Below are positions 53,601 through 64,000 of a stretch of 64,000 nt of DNA, one piece after another. This DNA comes from Phoronis australis (taxonomy: Eukaryota > Animalia > Phoronida), in contig NMRA01000230.1 of NCBI GenBank assembly GCA_002633005.1, positions 509,271 to 573,270 of the forward strand, written 5' to 3'. Below the pieces are notes generated by a model. That model saw nothing but the letters and a program-made list of their open reading frames with translations, had not been told where the DNA came from and did not search any database. How positions within the stretch are numbered: the first letter of the stretch is position 1; every line of letters begins with the position of its first letter. The position numbers and the translations under genes are program-made.

Positions 53601-56600
53601 CTGGAATCACTATCGTATTCTGCTTTCACGTCAGCTAAATGCTGATTTATAGGCCTAGTCATTTTTGATATAGATCACGGATGTCCATAAGAATTGGTTT
53701 TAACTTCTTTCTATCACAAATAGGAGGTGAGTTTTGCTGCTACAATAGTCCAAGACTATCAAAAATGTTGTCTTGCCACGGCTGGTTATCTTGTACGCCG
53801 ACCATGGCATTACGCATTAGCGAACCGTCAATTCTTTCCCATCCTATAAACAATTTCTCATCGGAGTAAGAACCAAGATGAACGCATCTTTAGAGTGGAA
53901 AGTAGACTAAATCAAACGCAAATTTCTTTGAGGGAATACAAGTTTATGCCCGCGTTAAAAGGATGTTAAACCCTGTTTTGTTGGTTTTAACCACTTCAAT
54001 TTCTGCCGGTTCCCTGTTAATGCACCGTTGGTATCTGACTTGAGTGATAAAATCAGGATTCAACGGAAAAGTACACACACAGAGAATAGATATCATGATT
54101 CTCGGTGAATGGTGTTTCTCTGTAGTTGTCGAATAACGCCTAGTAAACAGTTAAATCGTAGGTCACGCTTGCCGGTTTATCAAAGTCTGTGTTCCAAACG
54201 TTTGAGGTTTGACGAGGGTAGCAGCATTGTTTTGTTTTGTAGAGCTGGATAGATAGTCTTTGGTATAAGTTAAACTGCCAAACGCAGGTTTAGCATCCTT
54301 CTAAGAGAGATTTGAAGGGGACAGCACTGTGACTAAGCCAGAGGTATACGAAACTGATAGGTGGTCAGTTTTCTAAATGCGTGTGACATAAAATATGAAA
54401 TATTTATTAGCAATGGGTGCTCACTGTTTGAACTTCGCTTCTGGTCTGTAAGAGTTCCTCCTTGGTCTGTTCGTGCGCTCTTTGAACTTCATACAACTTT
54501 TGATGAAACTCGGTCTGAACTCTGAGTAGTTCCTCTTTACTGGTGAAGAGTTCCTTTGTGATCTGGGATTTTAAATGAAACCAGTTACCGTTGATTGTGG
54601 ATTTCCGGTCGGTGAAAGTCTTAAAACTACTAGACTATCAACGTAAATTTAATAATCCATGGGGACACTCTACATCACAACCCTATCTGTGAGTGTGTTT
54701 ATGTATATCATTTACATCCATAAGTAGCTGCGTAAGAGAGACTCACAGTGTGCAATGTGGCGACTGATCACGTGGGACCAGACACAAGTGGCCTCTAGAG
54801 GACAAGGAGGTGATTTAACTTTGCCCAAAACGAATCCCTTTCCACCACACACGTTGTAAAAGGGTCATTTCACGAAGTAAAAATGTTCCTCTATGTCACC
54901 TGCTGTGAAGAAAAGAACCTTCTGGTGCATCTGGGTGACGGTAAGAGTCAATGTTTCCACGTGATCAACATGATGGAAAGCCACCATTACGAAATCATTG
55001 AAAGATTTGTTGATGTGGTGCAGACTGATAATATGATGCTTTCCATGTCTACAAAATTTAATCATGCAATGTAATTATTAAAATCACCTGTGTTTTCTCT
55101 TGTTCTAGGCCTTTAATAGTGTCGTTTTTTTCTTTTAACGTGTCTTGGAAAACCTCGATTTGGCTCTTCAGGTCATGAATCTTCTCGTCCGTGTTGGTTT
55201 TCACTGTAGAGTACTGTTCTCTATACGACTCGCATTCCTTCAGTTGTTTGGATTTGAATTTCAGTTTAGCTTTCAATTTAGTTCTCTCTTCTGAAATCAA
55301 CAACGTTACATTGTTCACCTCATGCAGATACGTGACCCGTGTACATCGGACAGCATAGACGCTGTGTTACCTCAAAGATACGACTCACGAAGACCAAGAC
55401 TGAACATGCGATCAACTTACCAGATGAGATTAATACACAGTGCTCCATACGCTGTTTTCCGAAACGCTGTTAAGAATTGGTTTTGAAATGTTTCATTTTG
55501 GCATAAAACATAGGGATTTTAGGCCTGTTGTGAAAAACTTAACAGTTGCATGAAACGAAAACGAAGGAATAATTTCGAAAAGTGTAACAAAGTTTTTGAC
55601 ATTTTATCGTATTTTGTTTGTATGAAAAAACTTTGTGTCATGTTATTGACGCCTTTGTTTTGCTACAAATGTACTATTTGCTATGTTTTGACAAGAAGGG
55701 GTCATGTGACCCAATTAAAGCAGATTGGTAAAAAGTCCAAATCAAATTTTACATATTTCTTCATAATTATACGTTCAGAAAACGTATGTTTTACATTGGT
55801 ATAGTCTGTAGCTCTATAGATATTTTGATAAATGCACTGAGTTGTCTACAGGCTCCCACCAACATACCCTATTCATCTTGTGAGTTTAAATATACATGTA
55901 AGAAGTTTATGTTAAAGAGGATTGCAATACAGCGTACCTTTTAGTTGATCTACTTTCCGCTGGATCTTTTCGAGTCTATTATTCATTGCCTTCTCCGCCT
56001 TTTCAACGTCGAGCATCTTGTCGTGCGCTAGCTGCTTGGCCCCCATGACTGCCGAGTGCTCTTGATTTAATGTCCTCATTTTGTACGACAGGCGCTGCTC
56101 AGTCTCTTTCAGTTGGATCAGTTCGTTCTCGTTCGCCACAACCCTGTCCCTGAGAACTGCAGAGAATGCAAAGGAAAGCGTTTATTACAAACGGCAAAGT
56201 ATCACAGATACACCATATTTGATTGCTGAATATCACCGTCACCATTGCCAATGTATTTTAATGAAAAATGTAATTTTGAATGATTGGAGTTGAGTCCAGA
56301 AAGCGTTAGAAAGCATATCAACGTAATCAGGACTACTATCACTACATTGCACCATCGTCACCATAGCAACATCAACCCTTTTGGTGTAGGCATCATCACA
56401 AGTTATCATGATTGTTTAGTCTTCATTAATAGTGGTTGCTGTTGTTTCTGCTGCTGTTGTAGTTCATGCTGTTTTTATTTTGTTGTTGTTGTTGTTTTTG
56501 TTGTCACCGTGCTTTTTGTTGCGGTTGTTGCTGCTGTTGTTGTTCACTTTGTTGTTGTTGCTGCTGCTGTTGTTGTTGTTGATGATGATCTTGCTTCTGT

Positions 56601-59600
56601 TGATTTAGTGTTGTTGGTGTTGCTGTTGGTGTTGCTGTTGTTTGTGTTATTATGGTATACAACATGCCGTAGTGAAATTCCATGTAAGTGGTAATTTAAG
56701 GGTCACACTTTGGAAATAAATATCCATTTAAGTGTCCCATTCCTGACGTGCAAAATGATGCTTGAGGCTTCCTTAGATATGTGTTTCCTGAAACATCATC
56801 GGGGTTGAGCTTAATTCTGAAATCCCGATATAAAATAGATGCTTTTAAATTTCCACGCGATTTATGGATCACTTTTTAAAGCGACAACGACCTGGTAATA
56901 CCTCGTTTGTCTTCCTTCAGCGTCTCAATTTCCATCTCCAAGTTGGTTATCTTCTCTTCGTAGTTCTGCTTGTCCAAGTCCCAATCTCTTTCGGCTGTTT
57001 CATATCTCCGTCGAAGCTTCCATTCCACTTGCTTCTCAACTCTCTCCTTCGAGCTCTCCAGCTCATGAATGCGGGCGTCTCTTGCTCTCACGTGACCTTG
57101 AAGCTGACCAATTTCTTGCTGTAAGTAATACCATCGCAGAGCATGAACAACGCGCGTGCTGGCGGGGTGCGTGTCGTGACCTGAGTGTCATTAACCACAC
57201 CCATGGTGAGCTTTTCTCACACTCTCCCGAAGCAGAGCTTAAGACTTGGGCCTCCTTGAGGAATTTGGTCATAAGTTGACATATATATTTCTTCTCAAGC
57301 CAGTCACAATGTCCGCGATATACGACGTCTATTGAGTAATTCGAGTACTTTTGACCAGAGCACTCGACAGTCTGGTTCACCTGCACTAGAATCCTAATCA
57401 GTATTTCGCATGAACAAATCCCTTTGAAGACTCAAATTGGTCCGCTTCTTTAAGGGTTTCAAGAACCACTACCACTACTACAATACAACCCTTAATTTGT
57501 CATCACCATGCACCAGGGCTTATTCCTTTGAGCACCTGGTTCGGTAATTATATGTCTGATTTCTCTGTCAACAAGGGTCATTTTTTTAATATCAATTGTA
57601 GACCTATGAAACTGAATAATCTATTTAAAATCCTTGATGATCGACGAATATCGCTACGTGCTAGCCTCAGCTCCATTCTGCAATAAACACGCAACTGGCT
57701 TAGTGTAAACTAAAATACAGTCTCTTTTTGTTGGTGCATTGACTTCCTCTGTTGGACAGTAACTGAGTTGGTTCGAGAATTTGTAGTTCACTTTTGCGTT
57801 TTTTAAAAAACATTTGCAAAGAATATATTAAACATTGTCTGTTTGTTATTGTGTCATTATCATGTTCATACAAATTTAGTCTATTATTCGGAGACAAACA
57901 ACTTCTTTTCGCTCTAAGTATCATATGAACGCTAGACTATAATACGACGACAAATGTACAGTATTTATGACAATGCTTTGATGAATACTGCATTTTCAAG
58001 TTTTTGATGGTCATTTTAGGTCGAATCGCGAGTTAAGAGAGATGGAAATGAGTTATTTCGCACGAGGTAAAAGTCTAATCGTGTGCACAAAAATAATGCT
58101 CAGTTGTTCGTGATCAAATGACTGCGTTTTTTCTTAAAAATAAGGATTTTTCACGGAGCTCGCAGTAATTTTCACAAAAATGAATTTTGGCACGAAACTT
58201 TGAAATTATATTTCCTTATTCAATTTACTACAAAAGGTTGTACTGTGATTCAAAGCAATTTTATTAGCCCGAAAACTCAGCTGTCAAATAAATCGAACTC
58301 CTTTTTTAAATCAAGAAATGTTAACGCTGATTAAGAAAAAAATGCAGTCACGTGGTGGTGAGTGATTGCAAACATCTGAAAATCATTTCCATGCACATTC
58401 CGTGATCGCCAAGAATTTTGAAAGTATATAGTTGCATATTCAGTTCTGATACTTAAAAAGTTGTTTTATGTGTATAATACTTTGTAGCGAAGGTATCCAA
58501 GGTGACAAATAGAACTCAAATACTACACATTAATTTTAGAACTCGTTTACGGAGTTGAACGCTCAGTTAAAGATGCAGTCTCGTTAAATTGCGAATATAC
58601 AAACGGAGTATTAATTTACAAACAACCCAGGTCCTCCAGTGTGCCGGAAACCATCCGAGGACCAGTTACTGTTACAATCTCGCGAAAGCCTCGTTTTGTG
58701 AGACTATTTTCATGTAAATGAGTATGGTAATATTTCATCATAGCGGACGAACACCCGGTGTCGGCCATCGACAACTGAGGTCTGGCTACTCGACCGACAC
58801 TCCTCACGGTGACCACAACGAAAATAGTCGTTCTGTAATTTCATTTTGCCGACACCTAGGACATTATTCAACACCATACCATTTTGCATAGCAGACAGTG
58901 CAAAGTCTGAATATTTCCTCACACTTCTCGTCCACATTTCATAGGACGACACGGGAATCCCTGGGAAACCCCCACAACATTGCCGTTACCCTTTTGAAAC
59001 AAAGCATAGTTTTTACTATTTGTTTATTTCACTATCAAATAACAATTGCGTAGTATTTGGACTTACTATGGTTTCTTGCGTGCTCACACTTGTTTTTAAA
59101 TGCATCAGTGGTGGCGTTTTCTTCAAAACCGCAATTTATTTACAAATTGTTTCTTTTTCTGATTATACTTGTATGCACAGTTCTCCAGGAAGTCACTAGG
59201 TGGCGCATACTACAAATTTATATATTCACGGCTTTAATGAGACATAGCACATTTAAAGTTGAGTGAGTATTTCAAGTCTAAAAACTTGTTCTTTTGAGTA
59301 GGTTACCTGGTGCTTGATTGACTTGTCCTTCACTTGATTTAGTTCGTGTCGTAGTAGTTCTCGTACTCTCTCGAGCTCTCGTAGCTTGTCAAGTAATTCA
59401 TCTCTGTGAACAGCCACTTTCTCCCCTTCATCAATCAGTTCTTGTTTCTGTAAAGTGCCAAGGGCTCACTTCGCTCAATGTAGTCATTACTTCGGCTTTA
59501 AAACGAATTACATCATTCGAACACAGTACCTCGATTTGAGATGGATTAAAACAGAGAAATTTTGCACGATTGTGATTGCCTACCTGACTTGTATTCAAAA

Positions 59601-61792
59601 GGACAGTGTAGGTTATACGCCCAGAAATGCAGTTTGGGGTCATTTTTGGATGGATTCACTTTATGGGTTTTGACTAGATCTATAAAACAGCAGAATGCGT
59701 TGTGCTGTGATTTTATCACAGAACTCTAATTCGTCCCGTTGTGTGCTACACATGTACATTCGCTGAAATCAAAGCCGGTGATTTTTCCGGCTACTCTGGC
59801 TGTACATTGTACTTGGCTATACACCTACAAGTAGCTCCGCCAACGGAACAATAGGCTTAACTGTGGGGGGCCGTACCTTCAAATGGACGCCAAGACTGAG
59901 CTCAGAAAGTCACTTTTCTCACCGATAATGACCCTAATTTAAAGTGGAACTTGCAGACTAATTACTTATCCCTGTGATTTTTGGCGAAGTTAGTTAGAAA
60001 CGCTACATATAGCAACGATGTGAATATTAAGTAGGTTGAATATTGCCAAACGTTTTAAGAATGAGTTTCGCGGCGAAAATGATCCGCTGCAAATCACTGA
60101 AACGTGTCCAGTAAGTATCGTGGCGTGGTGCTGGGAAATAACACTGTATGATGCGGGCTATGAGAGCCCGCGACTTAAGTCACTAGTGTAAAGGTCACCT
60201 ATAATTGCAGGATTTTTGTTTTCCTATTTACAAGTTGTCAGTGGATACAATTTTATTTTGTTTAGCGTAGATTGTGTAAAAATAGCATTTTCGTTCTAAT
60301 TCCTGTTATACATTAGCATAGTTAGAAGCATGCAAATACATCTTTAAAAGGAGCGCCTTAGTTAACTAAGTCCATGTATTGATTGATGACGTATACTCTA
60401 GGATAAACACTTGGGTGCATGAAAGGGAATAAACATGTAACAGCATCTTGTCCATGGAATATTACAGCAATCCATTTTCATTCACACGCTTTACCTGCTT
60501 CAACTGAGCCGCTAATTCATCGTTGGTTTGCATGACGAGTACATATTGGTGTTTGTTGACTTCCATTAACGGCCTTGTCTTCCCAGCTTTAATCCGGCGT
60601 ATGTGGCGAAACTGAATCAGAGTTAGCTCATTGTAATTAGATTGCTCGTGACATCAAAAGCGAATGATGCATAAACTATACATGTACCGAACGATTCAAC
60701 ACAAAAAGTGAGATATTCTCCATGCACGACAACAAGACACCAGGGTGTAATCAACTATCATTTTGACGCGGGTTCAGCTGATGTTGGGATACGCACCGAG
60801 TGGACTCCAAAAAGGGGATGCGTTTGCAGGGAGCTTCAAAAGTCACTCTTACTTATTTATGGCTTTCTTTCAAAAATATCATTCTTTTGTCATAAATCTC
60901 ATCTAATCGCTGGGGTTTAATTTGTTGACTGAGCTCGAAACAGTAAAAGAAAAGTTGCTATGCCATCCAAATGGATTACATAGTATGTACATGTAACAAA
61001 AATTTTTTTTTTTTTTTGAAAAATACTGATATTGACAACTCTCCTGTAAAGATTTGTGCAGTTGGAAAAACGAACATTTTGTAGGTTATCTGTCTTTTAA
61101 AGTGATCCCGTGTGCAAGGAATTTTATTGGAAAAGACATTGACCCTTTGGTAGATTATTTTCAACATTCTGAGAAAGAAATTAGAAAATGCCTTTCATCG
61201 ATTTTGCACCCAAGAACACTTGTGCTGTTTCTATGAAGCAATTGTTAAATCTTAAAAGTGCAAGTCTGTACGATTTGTTTAATCGACTAAAATATATTTT
61301 GTTAAAACATGCTGAAACTGGTTTACATACGTAACCGCCCGTACATAACGATGAACTGCTCCATTTAAAATAATAATTCCAGGCGGTTTGATACACGCTG
61401 CACCAGACGTGCGCAGGTCACGCATGTGGGCAAATTGCAGTGATCACCTGGAACCATTTTTATGCTTTATAAATACATGTATATAGTTAAACCCGAGCTG
61501 AGGAGCTACAAACCTGACTCAAGGGTTCAGCAGTGCGACCCAGTGGGACTCGAACCCACGACCTAGAGTGAAAGAAAGCGGGCACCATACACACTAGGCC
61601 ACACTGCCTACTCTACTGTTTCATTTATCAAGAAGCCACACTGTAAAGGACGCAATGGATCAGCGAATTCACAAGGACTGCTTGCGTATGTACGTTCGCG
61701 TGAAATGTGCGTCAAATAAAAGGAAGGTCAACTTCTCTACTCACGGCATTCTTTTGACGATGGCTCACGGCAGCCCAATTGTTTTCCTCCAT
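50651..61792 (-). CDS. Multi-exon long coiled-coil protein, about 673 aa; exons 61792-61745, 60611-60495, 59447-59307, 57118-56902, 56156-55938, 55290-55088, 54562-54425, 52899-52765, 52492-52382, 51830-51466, 50978-50651
   Basis: All 10 introns GT-AG with matching phases (0,0,0,1,1,0,0,0,0,2); 2022 nt open frame; in-frame upstream stop before aagATGG; heptad-rich E/K/L/Q sequence, a basic cluster KKKQRKKRKKKAKK and an acidic linker. Confidence 0.85.
51870..52093. mobile_element. Tc1/mariner-like MITE in an intron
   Basis: Imperfect TIR cagg..cc.tt.caagaaactgactt / aagtcagttttcttggaacggcccctg followed by TA. Confidence 0.6.
56430..56645. repeat. (GTT/GCT)n microsatellite in an intron
   Basis: Direct inspection. 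Confidence 0.9.
61430..61608 (-). mobile_element. tRNA-derived SINE in intron 1 of the coiled-coil gene
   Basis: ggcagtgTGGCCTAGTG (A box) ... GGTTCGAGTCCC (B box), then a cccttgag core-like segment. Confidence 0.7.
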
Positions 61793-64000
61793 CTTATACT
61801 TTTTATTCCAAATTCGCTCTTAAGTCGTTTCAACTCCCGCACAGGTTCTCATCAATCCATCTGCCCATGCTAAACGCCTCTTTCTCAGTGTTGTTGTGGG
61901 GTCAACATACCTATACAGTCCTGTTGCTATGTTTTATGTATCGATTGCTGCTGAGCGCTTCAGACTCAAGAGAAAAACGGGAAAATTCCGATAAAATCGA
62001 TTAGGAAATACGGCTTACGCACTTAGTTTAATGATCAGGATATTGAATGTTAATTGTCACAGTCTCGACTGCGGAATGATAAGGTATTTTAATGAAATAA
62101 CTGACGCAACCTACTTAGTAAAGAGGCAAGTAGTGAACACGAAAATTCGTAATTAGTTAGACATGAACTGCATGTACAGTGTAGTTTACGGAGGCTATTC
62201 TAACGTAGAGCGGCACTCCTCTGTCACTGCGCCACCTATGTGGAAGCTCTCTTAATAAACACCGTGAACCGGTGGCGGAAGGAGTGAGATCTAAGGCCAC
62301 GATTCGGGCCTTTCTAGAAATTAAGAAAGTGGGGTGGGTCAGGTTTGACGTTAATTCTGTGGGTTATTGCTTAGAAAAATGCGACGTCACGCAACAATGA
62401 AACTTATCCCTCGGGTGTGTTTTAAAGTTTTGTTCATCCCACTGAGCACAGCACTGTACGTGTCGATTGTCACCTCCCAGCTGTACTCCGGCCCATGGTG
62501 GGTTTGCTTATCGTGATTCTTTGGCACACAGCGGGTGGGACCAAAGTCAGGTGATGATGATGACCACTTCTGATGCCACGCTCGTTCGGGGAGTGCTAAT
62601 TTTGCAAACGAGAAAAGGCGTTTTACTGCCCCTAACTTTCGATAGCCACTTAGTGGATCACGCGGCATTCCCTGTTTCGTCCACCTCATCTACGGGGAGA
62701 ATCCCGGCAGGGGCGTAACTTCTGGGAGGTGCCGGGGGTATGACGCCGCTAAGCTATTTCAAACATTGGTTTGAGTGTCTGTGAAATCGTAATGCATTCG
62801 CCAATATTTGAATCTGCGTCTATACGCAAACCCGAAATGATTTGAGTGAAACAAGCTTGAAAGTGGTCGTTCTAGAAACATGTACATGTAGAGGTACACT
62901 CCGTTTTCTTAATAGTCGCAGTTATTTGTCTTGTGGAATGTAAAGTAAAGAATATTACAAATGGTGCTGGCTCGCATAATACTTCTGGATCTACTGCTTG
63001 TACATGCGTTTGGTTTGTAACTTAATTCTAATAATTTATTTTGTTTGTCAATATTTGCTGCCCTGGTTTTACAGAAGATGTCTGTGAACTTTTTAAGTCA
63101 ATTAGACATTCCTTTACTTTACTTTTCAACATAATTCTTTATTTAAACAGATCGGAATCGTGCAGTCTTTGCTATGATACATGTCCGTGCCTATGTAAAA
63201 CCAAGTCGCTAAGAAAATCGACGGGCAAAATTACGTCTTGCACCCCCCTGAAAGTAAAATTACTAGTTTTGCCACCATTCGATCTCAGACTCGACAATAG
63301 CTGCATTCACCCGCGCCTAATCACTGAAGTCTACACCGCGCAGTATCGTGCACGCCTTCGTGTACACACAGCCACACAATTTCGCTAAAGGAAGCTGCTT
63401 TTAGGGGGCGATAATACGTGCCATTACAATGTGATAGTCCAGGGGAAAATAAGTGTTGGCGTTCATGGCATATACTATCGAACCGGCATATTTTATGTCA
63501 AGTGCGACAATAACATAAAAGAAGGACTAGCTTTAAGGTTTAGCTTGTATTTTTTCACTGCAGTTGCCGACACGTGTGTATTGTCTATTTGCGGAGAATT
63601 GATGGCTGACGTCCTGACACAGAAATGACAGGACTCGTCCTTCCCATCACATTTTTTCCATCAATCACTGAGGAAGGACACAGACTGACGTTTGTGTTAC
63701 GTCAGCAAGTACATTTTACGGCTCCCAAGAGACATTCATCGTTTGGTAGTCATGGAAATTAATGGTGGGAATCGGATTTTTTCAAAATCGATTAATCGGA
63801 AAGCGTTTCCGATTCGACTAGGCTCGAAATATTCTGGATCGGTTTTGAGATAGTTACCGATACTGACAACTCTGTTCGCAATTTATGGGAAGTGGGAGAG
63901 AATGAAAACACGCAGGTTCAGCTTGAGAGCATCGTATGATGACAAAAGTTGATTTACGTGCGTCCGAGGTTACTTGGCCTTATTTATGTGACTTTTTATA

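Noticed and set aside
56284-56694. Hydrophobic Val-rich ORF resembling a membrane protein
   Set aside because: (GTT)n repeat in an intron of the opposite-strand gene
58616-58952. Intronic ORFs with TGP/GPGLF, reminiscent of DXD glycosyltransferases
   Set aside because: Motifs are too short, lie in different frames and have no DXD context

Overview
AT-rich, intron-containing eukaryotic genomic DNA, most consistent with a lophotrochozoan (spiralian) invertebrate; the species cannot be determined from this window. Main content: (1) A two-exon, minus-strand myomodulin-type neuropeptide precursor gene. Its signal-peptide exon (40226-40268, TATA box at 40349-40354) lies 15.4 kb upstream of the peptide exon (23983-24800). 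It encodes divergent xxRLamides together with PRXamides. (2) An 11-exon, minus-strand long coiled-coil protein gene (about 673 aa, 50651-61792) that I cannot name. (3) A small secreted PAN/Apple-domain gene (exon 1998-2331) whose downstream discoidin (F5/8 type C)-like exons appear decayed. (4) A transposon-rich first 15 kb: two gypsy LTR remnants (one Gmr1/SCAN-like), a degenerate RLE-type non-LTR retrotransposon (Hero/NeSL-like) and CACTA/EnSpm-type ends. MITEs, Crypton-like palindromic elements, tRNA-derived SINEs and microsatellites occur throughout. The most unusual observations are a circularly permuted, pseudoknotted hammerhead-like RNA in the retrotransposon 3' UTR, the mixed peptide content of the precursor, and a candidate Cys-rich secreted peptide gene interrupted by a MITE. 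All gene models were built by eye from splice signals and phase matching, with no transcript or database support.
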